From positions 94,016,462-94,080,461 of the forward strand of contig NC_068981.1 in assembly GCF_001194135.2 (NCBI RefSeq): a stretch of DNA of 64,000 nt, in the 5' to 3' direction. The DNA comes from Octopus bimaculoides. Taxonomy: Eukaryota. The notes beneath the pieces were generated by a model that saw nothing but the letters and a program-made list of their open reading frames with translations, was not told where the DNA came from and made no database searches. Numbering within the stretch: position 1 is the stretch's first letter; each line of letters opens with the position of its first letter. Below are positions 1 to 12,600 of the stretch, piece after piece. The position numbers and the translations under genes are program-made.

Positions 1-37
<37 letters not shown>

Positions 38-131
38 CATATAATAGGGATAGCCACTAAGTGGACATCCATTATGCTAGATCACCTGCGATCTGACCAC
101 TAAAGCTTGTTCTCAAGAAAATTCTGCGCGC

Positions 132-174
<43 letters not shown>

Positions 175-513
175 TACACACACGCACGCACACACACGTA
201 CATACATGCTTGCATGCATACATGCTCATATACATAGATACGAGGAGATATAATATAATATAAAATATTATCATCTCAATGAATTGTTCCAGGTCTTTAT
301 GTTCTGAGATCAAATCCTGGCAAAGTCAGCCTTGCTTTGCATCTTTCGAAGTACCAGTCAAGTACCGGAGTCGAGGGGATCGACTAAATCTTTCAACTCA
401 AAATTTCTTACCTTTGTCTGAATCATAAACTTGTATTATTAGTGAATTATACGAAAGGGTGAAAGAGATAGAGCGAGGTAGGGAGAGAATAACAAATAAT
501 AAACGTAACTTGT

Positions 514-527
514 GTTTCTATGGAAAC
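514..527. promoter_or_regulatory. RFX X-box (GTTTCTATGGAAAC)
   Basis: Exact match to the GTHNYY-AT-RRNAAC consensus; its 3' end is 132 bp upstream of the ATG of a motile-cilia gene. Confidence 0.75.
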
Positions 528-565
528 GCTTCACAACTGTCATGGCGAATTACTTACCGTAAACT

Positions 566-572
566 TGTTTAT
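566..572 (-). promoter_or_regulatory. Forkhead (FOXJ1-type) core site ATAAACA
   Basis: TGTTTAT on + (RYAAAYA on -), about 40 bp from the X-box. It is a short motif that is common in AT-rich DNA. Confidence 0.4.
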
Positions 573-658
573 ACGTTGAATCGACAGCTGTTAGTATTTT
601 CGTTTTACTGCTTATTTATGCCTTATTCTTTGATATTTATACACTAATACTGAGAAGT

Positions 659-810
659 ATGCCTCCGAAGGCGACACCAAAGAAAAAAGATGATAAGACC
701 AGTGACAGAACAAGCAAGCCGCAACCAGTTCCGCTTGCTGTACCTTTAAATGAAACCAGTAGAGAATTTTATCTTGTTCAAATTAGGGACCTTGAGCAAC
801 GTCTTGAACG
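659..810 (+). CDS. CFAP157: CFAP157 exon 1 ([10 protein letters not shown]...[11 protein letters not shown])
   Basis: ATG at 659, Lys-rich N-terminus, donor CG|GTAAGC, phase 2. Confidence 0.9.
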
Positions 811-3800
811 GTAAGCAACTTATACTTGTTTATAACCATATCCCTATCTTTTTTCTTCTATTTCTTTTTCCCCTTGTTGATTTTCCTGTTTCGTTTTTAT
901 TTTATTTATTTATTTATTTATTTATTTATTCTTATTTTGTTGTTGAAAAATGTTATTCCATTCATCTCTTTCTTGTTTCCGTTGTCTTTCCCAATAGGTA
1001 TCATGATAGCTTTACATATTTCGATTCCTTGCCATTAGTATTTTTGCCTTTCTCACTCATTTTGTTATAAAATGATCTGAGCTCAGCTATACAATTTAAC
1101 GAAATACTTGTTAATTTTACATATTGATTATTATACAACAGTGAACTGAACCTCCAAGTGACCATACAAACCACTAATCCCTTCAGGAAAATGGTCTTGC
1201 TTTATATGTAGAAAAGGTGTAGATGGAAATTCTATATGGTATATCCAGTGCAAACTGTAAACACAAGAAAGGCAGCGGAATCACAGGAAGATTAACTTAG
1301 AAAGCAAACTGTGTGGCAGATGTACAGGAACAATAAGCACTAGGAACACATTTGTCAGTGGCGAGGTGCAGTTCTGAGTGAAGAAAATTTTGACACCATA
1401 TTACAAACAATAAATGTTTAAGTGGAATTAACAGTCTTTGTGCATTTCTCAATAGGTATCTTGGGTCTTCCATGCGGCAAAGGTTTTAGTTTCAACATGT
1501 GATCTCAAATCAAAAAGACTTGCCATGCAAATACATCTCTGTAACTCAGGAAATAGATTTCCTCATATGTCTAGGAGGAAATCTTAACAGAAGAGGGGAA
1601 TGAAAGCATAGTCACTAGAATAAGAACTAACTGGAGAAAATTCGGAAAGTTACTACCTCTGTTAACAAAAAGCATCTCTATCAGAGTGAAAGACAGATTG
1701 AATGATGTTTATGTACATCAGCAATGCTACAGGGTAGTGAATTCAGCAGGCAAGTAAAGGTTTCAAAGAAATGAAGCTAGCATGCTCAGCTAGATGTGCA
1801 ATGGCAGTGTGCATGTATGACAAAGTGCCAATGTGTTGGCATAAAGGCATCAGATGTAATGTACAAGAGAGAAGACAGCACTTGTATGGTCATATGCTGC
1901 ATATGGATGAGGACTGCTGCATAAAGAAGTGCTGATTGCTAAATGTGGATTGAACCTTGGAAGAGAGCTACCCAGGTAGATGTGGGATAAAGTGGTGAAG
2001 AATGACTTCAGGATATTGAGCCTCACAGAGAAGATGACAAAGGAACGAGATGATTGGTGATTTGTTGTGCTTGAGAAGGTTCATTCATCTAAGCAAAAAT
2101 GAAAATGAGGTCCTAGAAGTATGTCATTTATGGCTATGCCCCAGCACCTCAATCTTTCCAAGAGAAAGCTCCACCCCCAACCACTCAAAGGTGAATTATT
2201 CAAACCCCAAAGAATTCCTCTCAACACATGGCTATGATGCTCCCCCACTACTTCTGCTCATGATCAGAGATGCACATATCGTCAGCCACCAAGGGACATG
2301 CTCAACTGGTTAAGGTCAAACAATTGACAAGCAAATCTGTGGTATTAAGCAGAATATTTGCTGTAGTCCATCTTTTATACCAAAACAAAACAATATTATG
2401 ATCATCATCCAAAACAGCAAGCTGGCAGAATCGTTAACACACCAGGAGAAATACATAGCAGTATTTCGTCTGTCTTCATGTTCTGAGTTCAAATTCTGTC
2501 ATGGTCGACTTGGCCTTTCATCCTTTCGGGGTGGATAAATTAAGTACCAGTTGAAATTTCAGGCTTTTTGCCTATAGTAGAAAGGATTTGGCACACACAC
2601 AGATGTTAGAAATCATATAGGGTATCTATTGATTAACTGCATAGCAACTGTTGTTAATAAACAAGTCCTGTGCATAACATCACTAAAGCATAGCATGAGA
2701 GAGGTGAAGAAGTAAATATTGATCAGATTGTTAGCTTCATCATCTATGTTTCATTATTTTTTCATGCTCTCTGAATTTTCACAATAGGAGTTGTTGTTGT
2801 CGTTTAACTCCAGGTTAGTCATGATTGGAGCACATTTGCCATCAAAAGCATTGTACCTATGAGTTCCACATACATGCGCGCACGCACACATGCGTATGTA
2901 TTTACATATATGTATTTTTACACACATACGTACATACATACATACATACATATATACATACATATAACAATACGTCCTGCCCTAACTCTTCGAAACGCCT
3001 GTGTTAGAATGGTGGCAGCTGATGAAGGAAAATGTTCTCTACGTGGCTTGTGTGTTTTCTGTACTCTGGTCATTATTATTTTTTTGTCTACGTTTTGTTT
3101 GCAACATCCTGTACCCAGATATGCACCTATATACACAGGTAAATCTAGGTATGCACATACTTGTACGTATATATGCATATACTCATTTATTATTTGTTTT
3201 ATATATATATATGGAAAGCGGACGTTAAACAATATATATTCCATTTCACATTGTTCCAGTCCATTCAGCTGTAAATGGATAACCAATCCTACGACAGAAT
3301 GGCATTCTGTTCAGGAGCAATGTTGGCCTGCTTGTTTAGCTTGTGGGGAAGCATCATCCAAAAGCTACATGAGGACTTGCAGTGTTTAACATCTGATAGT
3401 ATGGTTGGCACAGCAATACAGTGATGTATGTGTATGTGTGTATAACACAAAATAATATATCTCTATCAAAAATTATATCTAACCCCTACATGTATGTGTG
3501 CATTAGGATGTCCCATTTTCAGGGTCAAAATTTTTTTACCAACTTCACCATTGTCTTGTGTGGTGCCAGTGGATGAAAACATGAATTATATACAAAGTGA
3601 CAGGGCTCTAAAACCATTTTTGTGACTACACAAGGGCCCTGAAGTTGAAAAGATGATCAAAATTATCCATTTTTATTGTGCCTGTGTTGTGTCAAATCAG
3701 AAGGTAGCTATTTAATATTTGTTTCATAAGTCTCATGTGGATCTAAATTATGGTGCAAGTGTAAAACTCATTTCTAATGACTTTATAACAAGCACAAAGT

Positions 3801-4805
3801 TACATGGTTGACTAAAAGTCTTAAGATCTACTAGATGTTGAACAACCATGAATAGGAGAGAACAAGGGAACCCTACAGATGAACAAAAGGGTAAGGAGCC
3901 TGAACTGCACCTCATGGATGGTTTGGAATGGCAGTTAAATGTATTTCAAATATTTCAGCAGGATTTCTCATGCTTAAGTGTTAAGTGAACAATAAATATC
4001 TAGTCATATTTCCTGTTAAAAATCAGATGAATAGGTATGTACTGAGGATTCTTTTAATATTACAACTTATATTATATACTTTAAAGATATATTCAAAAAT
4101 GTATCTACCATCAAAACCACCACCACTATCACAATTACTAACTCTATCACCATCACCATCATTGTCATCATCACTTTACATTCATTTTTTTAATTTTCAC
4201 CTGGGCTGGAAAGTAAATGACAAGTGATCATAATGAATGGTGTGAGGGTGGGCTGGAAAAGACTTGTCCAACCCAGGTGAAAATTAAAAAAATATAAAAA
4301 TGAATGTAAAATGATGATGACAATGATGGTGATGGTGATAGAGTTAGTAATTGTGATAGTGGTGGTGGTGGTTTTGATGGTAGTGATGGTGGTGGTGGTG
4401 GTGGTTGTGATGGTAGTGATGGTGATAGTGGTGGTGGTGATGTTGGATGAAGGTTGATGATGATTAACTATTATTCATGCATAATTTTTCAGATACCAAA
4501 AACGGTGTGATGAGCTTGAAATTTCAAATAGCAACTTCCATGACAAATATGTTCAAATGGACAGTGATAAAAGAGAAATTATTGCATACTGGAAACAACA
4601 GTTAAAGCTAAAAGGTAACTGAATGTGTATGTGGCATTAGGAAGGGCATTCAATCATGGAAACTAAGCCAAATCAGACTGGAACCTGCAGCTCTCCGGCT
4701 TGCCAGCTCTGGTCAATCTGTCCAATCCATACCAGCATTGAAAATGGACGTTAAAGGAGGAGGATAATGATGATGATGATAGCGGCAGTAATTGTGGTGG
4801 TGGTG

Positions 4806-4896
<91 letters not shown>

Positions 4897-7800
4897 TATA
4901 TACATATATACAGCTGTGCTGGCTGGCAGAGGGAACAGGTGCCACAGTATGAATTCTTTTGACATGCCTTCTCAATCCTCCAACTAAAAGGCACACCTTT
5001 CCACAGGTTGCCCATATTCTGTTGTGATCAATAGCTGTATCACAATTCACAAGGGGTTGATTCCTGTGAGTTCTCTGATGGCTGACCAGGCCTGCATGAC
5101 TCAAGTGTTTCCTCCCACAAATCACACACATAAAAAGCAACGCTCCCTCATTTTCCACAGGTTCGTTCTTTCTAAGCCTTCTCTTGATCTTCTTGTGCTT
5201 CATTCTCTTGCTTTCAAACTTCGAACAACCACTGTGCACTCTTTTCATCCATCCATTTTAGTCTTGTGCCTCTTTCTCCCAAACAACAGCTGAAACTCCT
5301 GTCTGTGTCAGAGCAATCCTGAGGCAGTTCTTGAACTTCATTTTGGCTTTATGTGCTGGCTTCCTACTATCTTCCAGCTCACCATACAAAAGTTGCTTAG
5401 AAAATCTTTCATCATTCATTCTCACCAGATGTCCACCCCACCTCAAGCCTCTTCACAGAATCATCAATTCTACACTCCTACTACCACTTCTCTCAAGTAC
5501 ATCTACATCACTGATCACCATTTTGCAAATTCACACACACACACATCATTATTGTCATCATCATCATCCTTATTGCTTTTTACATTTGATTTAGTTGGAC
5601 AAGACTACTTGAAACAGTGCATTATAGCTTGAAGTCCTCACTTTTGTATTCAACAATCATACAGTTAATTTTATAGTTTGCAACATTTTAAAACATGAAA
5701 TGTAACTTGAGTACTTATTGAATTTTGTGTATAAATGTTCTTGAAAGAAAAAGTATGATTGTAAAATCTTTTTTTGAATGTCCCTTTTGTCAGTAGCACT
5801 TCAGTGTAGTGCCATGGTTAAGGTCTGTTGATTTAACCTTTACCTCATATATTATGGCATATTTAGCACAGGATCCATTCTACAGGCATGTGTTTTTCAA
5901 AGTAACTTTAAATCATTTTCTATTAACAAGGTTAAATGCCATTCATCATCATCATCATCATCACCACCATTTAACGTTTGTTTTCCATGTTGGCATGGGT
6001 TGGACTGCTTAACAAGAACTGACTGGCAAGATCAGGAGCTGCACCAGATTCCATAATCTGTTTTGGCTTGGTTTCTACAGCTAGATGTCCTTCCTAATGC
6101 TAACCACTTTACAGGGTGTATTGGGTGCTTTTTATTTGACTCCAGCACCGGTACTTTTTACATGACACCTTGGTTTGGTTATGAAATTTCCTTTATCAAT
6201 TGTTTTTAACCAGGGGCTTGCCATTTTGAGCAGAGACTATTATTTTATACTCATTAAACATATTTTAATGTAAAGAGATTGATAAACCCCACAAGTTAAT
6301 GTTTATATGAAATAACTGTTTGAGTTCCTAAGGACATTGTAGAAATAGAACTATTGTGAGAACTAGGCTTTTGTAAATGTATGTTGTTAGCCTCATGTTA
6401 GATCTATGATGAAAAATATTCCAGCTTACATTATGCAAAGTGTCCTCCTTAGCTGGGTGTAACTTGAGGCTGCTATTTTTAACAAGTTAAGTGTTCATTT
6501 AGAAGGGATTTTTTAAAATGTATTTTTACTTTATAGGTGATGAGTTGTCTGATCTTTCTGAGAACTACAATGGTTTGCAGCTAACCAAACAAATTGAGAA
6601 GGAGCAATTTGAGAAACAAGTGAGCAGTCTTCAAAATGAACTTGACCGAGTCAAGGAAGAGCTCACAGCAGAAAATACAATTCTCAGTGAGTAGACAGTT
6701 TTTCTTGATACTCTGCCCATTTTCCAGTATGTTGGAATAACTGAAAGAAAACAAAAGTTATACATGCATTTACACATGCATGCTCGTGTGTGTGTGTGTG
6801 ATTATCAGCATAATTAATACCTATTTTTGCATGCTTACATGAGTTAATGGTGTCTTTACCAGCACAGTATCATGCTTGTACCATCGTCTCTCCTTTTGCA
6901 GTTCAACATTCTGAGATCAACCTTCACCAATTCTACCTATATCTTTCTATTTATATCTCTTCTATGGGTTTCTTCACTAGGATTACTTGGCACTTATTTA
7001 TCCAACTGCCATATCACATAGGCCCATACCTGTGCAGTCTTCTCTATTGTACACAACAACTGATTACTTATATCTCCATATTTTTTTCTCTCAGCTCCTT
7101 GTACTCTACTGTTCATTCACACAAATATCACACATCTGGTGAAGCCATTAGTGTAACCAGAACCATTAGTGTAATCATTACTGCAAAAGAACAACTGCTC
7201 CTTTTGAGCATATTTTCAAATGCATCAACCTTTCAACAGTATTTTAACTCTTTAAGTTTATTTGTGTTATAAAAGTCAAATCTCATATTTTATTGCTGGA
7301 AGAAATGCTGTTAAGCATTTTATCCAACATGCTAATGATTCTGCTAGCTCACCACCTTAATGTGTATCAATAAATAATAAAAACAAAGCAGAAAATATCC
7401 TCTATACTGACAAATTATAATAATTTATAATCGTCTTTAGACTGCCAAAATATTTACAATATAGATTTAAGAAGTGAAAATGTTTTGATGATATTCCTCA
7501 AACAGATGGTAAACTAGCTGTTTTAGAAGAATTCCGTATACAGAGAAAAGAACTTCTGGAGAAATTTGCTAAGATGGAAGTGGAATTACGAGAAATGGAA
7601 GAACAAAACAAACAGACTATCTATCAACTTGAGAAAAAACAGGTGATTGACAAAGACAGGTGAGTTGTGGGTGTTTATAATTAGGCTTTCAGTGTTTTTT
7701 TTTCTTCTTTTTACTACTAATTTTCTCTTAGTGCATATGGTCTTTGCAGGCTTTCTTGAATTGTGAACTTCATGTCGTTGATATTAATTTCTGCAAGTCA

Positions 7801-9574
7801 CTGATGCTTGTAAGACAAAATGTGTCAGTGAGAGGATTCCTGAAGATTGTATCTTAAGGTAAAAAGAACTGAGCAAAGTATTTTTAGTGTGGGATCAGTA
7901 GGGATGATTAAAGTAGGGAATACAGTAAGGGTGATGAGAGTAGGAAATAGATGTGAATTAGGTAAGTTTGAATGGAGGTGGTGTACAACTTATTGGTTTA
8001 GAGTGTCAGAGGCTATGATAGCAGTATTAGAAGAAGCAGATAGAAGGAACTGTATCTGTGAGCTAGTGTTTGTAGTGTGTTGGAGAGTGATCTTCCACCA
8101 GTCAGTCAAATAAAGTTCTTTATAAATGTATAGCAATAGGTATACAGCCCTTGCTGTCTTTGGAAAGAAGACTTTAAAAACATCTTACCAGACTGAGTTC
8201 AGGTCAACCAGCATGGTTCTGGTCATTAAAGCTAAGTGCACTGTCCTAGATGATTGCAAGTGGTCAACTAGTGAGCAGAAGCTGCACTTTCCCAGGGCAA
8301 CCATAAACAATGTTAAACAGACAGCCAGGCATTGTGTCAGAACTGGGCACAGCCTAGTTAAGCCATTCAGATAGTTGCAATAAGAGAAAATATCAAGGAA
8401 ATATAAGAACGTATTAAGAAAGAACAGCCAGATCAGAGCAAGACAACTTATTTCAAATTATACACTGAAGAAAGTAATCTGAGATAAAGGTTTGAGGATG
8501 GAAAGATGAATAGATCACTACTTTGATCCCTACACCAAAGAGAATACTGTGTCTGTCTCAGCACTTGATATCATTGTGAACTTTCTAACCATGGATGAGT
8601 TTGACATAGAACCACCATTAGAAGAGCTCATTAACACCTTAGCTTCAACCATGTCCCAAGTAGCAAGGGGATCTTTACTGATTTGATTATTACTGACTGT
8701 CTTACTACTTTCATTGCAGGAAGTTTTTTATAGGTGCTATCAAAAAAAGAGCTGTACTATAGTCACAAGGGATACCAATATCATTGATTTCTATGAGGAC
8801 AGGGGTGAAAGAAGCAACCGTAACAATTACAGCTCTCTTCTCAATGTCATCGACAAAGCCTTTACTTGGGTTATCCGGAACCATTAACAGAAGTAATTAT
8901 GAATTACTTGTAGGGGCACCATATTTTGTTATGCAACCATAATATACTACAAAATATATTAAATGCTTTATAAGTCAATACTGTGTCCTATTGTGTTAGC
9001 AGTGCTATTAAATCGCATGTTAATGTTATCTCTACATATTTTCTATAGAAATTATACCCAGTATTGATTTGTTACGACATTTCATATCTGAATATTTTTA
9101 GCGATTATTTAAGCAATGTGTTCATGGATGGTTGATGGGTTGGATGTGGTACTGAAGAAGGAGCAAAAACTCCTGAAATATGCATATACACCCATTACCT
9201 ATTTTTCTGTCTTCAATCGCATTGTTGTTTATATTAGATGTATTCAGATATTAAATGTTGTAACAAATCAATGCTGGCTATAATTTCTATGAAAATCTAT
9301 AGAAATAACCTTAATATGTCATTAGCAGAAGCTAACAAAACAATGTAGACACCCAGAGACATAGTGCTGCTTCCAGATTGAAATGTCAATAGTAGGGCAT
9401 GATGGTTCTTCCACATCAACATGAATGGAACAGTGAAGTTCAACAGTAGTTCCTCTGGGTCTTAAAAAGTCATGATTTTTCCCCTAAGTTCAAGGAAATG
9501 CCTCAGTGTAGAATTGGTAGAGTTTTGATTACCTAGGTGACATGAAGTTTTTTGTGGAAAGAAGTGAAATATGT

Positions 9575-9613
<39 letters not shown>

Positions 9614-12600
9614 AAAAAAATTATCTTACTAAATTGTAGCTATTACGTATTAATAGTGGCTAAACATTCTCAAAAAAAAAAAAAAGAAACTTGACAAATA
9701 GTTCGTATTTTTTTAGCTATCTTACATGTGTATAATCCTCTTATAAGGAAGGACTACATGCTCTGATTCTCAAAAGAAGCCTAATTGCATTGGTCTAATA
9801 AAAAAACAATATTTGATAATATAACAGAAGAATTTTTTTGTTTTCTTTTTATTAGACTTAAGAAAGACATGTTTATGAGAGTTAATCAACTTGTTGCGGA
9901 GTTTCGAAAAGTTTCTAATAAACAAATGGCTGAGACAACAAAACGAACCATCCGTGAAAATGTTTCTCTCACAGCTCAAATGTCAAAGATGTCGGACAAA
10001 ACCATGGAACTTATACAAGAAAATGATGAACTGAAGAACAAAGTAAAAAGAATGAAGAACAAAATAGATGTTTTGGAATACAATGAGAAAGAGATTACGA
10101 AAAAGATGCTTAACTGCCAGAAGGTGAGTTACTCATTAATTGTGATTCCATTTTTAATTAATCTCATTATTATAAGCATTAAATTTTGAGGGTGTTAGGG
10201 GTTTTGCTGGGTGTTCATTCTGCAAAGCTGTGACTGAGCTTGGAGTTAATGTTGCTCCAAAGAGGGCCGTAAATTCCATTACTGAGGTTGCAGAGAAGGA
10301 AGGCCATTAGGTGGCTTTGGATAAAGAGGGTAGAATGGTGGTTTGTTGTTAGTGGGACTTGATCAACTCTGGCTAGATCAACTGGGTGTAAGGGTCTGAT
10401 GTTGAATGTCTCAGAACCCCCAGAGACACCAGAAACATCACTGATGATGCATCTCAGAGCATCTGCGAGATGTATCTTGGAATTATCAAGGAATACTGTT
10501 AGCTATGGTAGCTATCTCCTTATGGGAGGATTTGAGCTCTGCAAAGTAAGTTGATGAAAGAGTCAGTCATATAGTAACTTTGCTGATTGGACAGGTGAAC
10601 TGTGTTGCAATATAGTTTCTATCTATAACTAGATGGACTGAACCAGCAAGATATCACTCTTTAGCATTCAGATGCTTTTCCTAACACCAGCCACGTAATG
10701 ATTCAGTTGATGGATGGATCTTCTCAAGCACAATGTAATACCATTCATCTTAGTCCCCTGTCTCCTCTTCTGAAAGGCTCAATATCTTCAGGTCAGTTTT
10801 CACCACTTTGTCCCATGTCTTCCTAGGTATACTTCTTCCACATGTTTCTTCCATGTTTAGCAATCAGCACTTCTTTATACAGCTATCCTCACCCATCCAC
10901 ATTCCATGGCCATACCAGTCAGTAAATCCATAAATCCCAGTTAATCAGAAAATACCTGGCAGTTGGAATTAATTAAATGTTACATTAAAGAACTGTGAAA
11001 GTAGGTAAATAAATGCTAAAAATATTTACAACATTTTTATAAATAATTGATACCTGAGGTGAAAATTTATGAGGCCCTCACTGGTTATAATAATATAATA
11101 TATTTTCAGCTTGACCTTTGGATTGGTTACTTTAGAAAAGTGTAACTGGGAATGACTCTTAACATAGTTCTCAGGGAGATTCAGTATGACACAGATACGT
11201 TCGAAGGTTGTGCTTCACCACCTCATCCCAGGTCTTCCTGGGTCTACTTCTTCCACAGGTCCCCTCAACTGCTAGGGTGTGACACTTTTTCACACAGCTG
11301 TCCACATCCATACACAACACATGACCATATCAGTGCAGTCATCTCTCTTGCACACCACATCTGATGCTTCTTATGTCCAACTTTTCTCTCAGGGCGCTTA
11401 CACTCTGTCGTGTATGCACACTGACATTACACATCCAGCGGATCATACTAGCTTCATTCCTTGCGAGCTTATGCATGTCCTCAGCAGTCATGGCCCATGT
11501 TTCACTGCCATGTAGCATGACTGTTCGCATACATGCATCATACAGTCTAACTTTTATTCTGAGTGAGAGGCCCTTTGTCATCAGCAGAAGTAGGAGCTCT
11601 TTGAACTTTGCCCAGGCTGTTCTTATTCTAGCAGCTACACTCTCAGAGCATCCACCCCCACTACTGACTTGGTCACTTAGGTAATGGAAGCTATCAACTA
11701 CTTCTACTGGCATTTGACAGAAGCTGTTTTCTGCACATTTTCAGTGTTTATTGCCCCTGAGCATCTGCCACACACAAAAACTATCTTCCCAGTTAGCCTT
11801 CCTTTGATATTGCTGCACCTCTTATGTGTCCATAGCCTACACCGGGTACATCTTATGGAGTTTCTACCTACGCCTTTTCTACAGGTCAAGCAGGGCCATC
11901 TACCTGAAGGGATTTGTGATTTGTCTGCCTTCCTACTTACTAAGACTTCTTCAATTCTAGACCTTGCTTCCATACCTGAAACTTCTCTAGTTCTGATAGT
12001 GATTCAGCTATTAGAGCAAGGTCATCAGCATAGAGAAGCTCCATCATTATATAAACAAGTCATTTGTTTATTACAGCATATCACCCTGTTGACCACCAAA
12101 TGCCAAGAAAATGAAGGGACCATAGCTGAAATGCAACAAAAAGAAATTGAATTTAAGAAAAAACTGAAAGAGACTGAAAACTTACAGCAGCAACTAGAAA
12201 ACACAGAGTTGGTATTTGATTCTATTGTAGAGTTTCATGACGTTTTAAGATCTCATAATATTATAATAGAAAGATTCCCTCATACAGTAAATGAGATATC
12301 TGATGTCATTGTCATGTTTAATGAAAAGCTCTTTATCATTTCCTAAAGATATTACTTGTTGTAATTGTTATTATCATCTAGCTCCAGATTAGCATTGTTT
12401 GAGTAGATCTATGACTTTTGGTTGGTAAGGGGTGATTTGGAGGAGATTTGGCTGCTATTTCTACTGGGTTGAGAGACCACATAGCTGTTCTGTTCCCTCT
12501 CAGATGACAGTGACAGTGGCAATGGCTATGATGTTGTCAATCATTATTACTCTTGTATTCTATCATATTATCATAAAAAATATTATCCACCAGTTATTAT

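Noticed and set aside
4751-5248. Apparent C2H2 zinc-finger gene
   Set aside because: It is contiguous with the RTE thumb motif and runs into (TA)n; it is a LINE C-terminus, not a host gene.
10190-10570. GC-richer block after exon 5, possible LINE remnant
   Set aside because: No recognisable protein motif was found in any frame, so it cannot be classified.
12208-12216. Alternative exon 6 donor TTG|GTATTT at 12211/2
   Set aside because: It gives phase 0, incompatible with the phase-2 acceptor of exon 7. GA|GTTGGT fits.
11684-12346. 220-aa + strand ORF
   Set aside because: It is a chimeric read-through of antisense RTE sequence, CFAP157 exon 6 and intron. Only 12077-12207 is coding.
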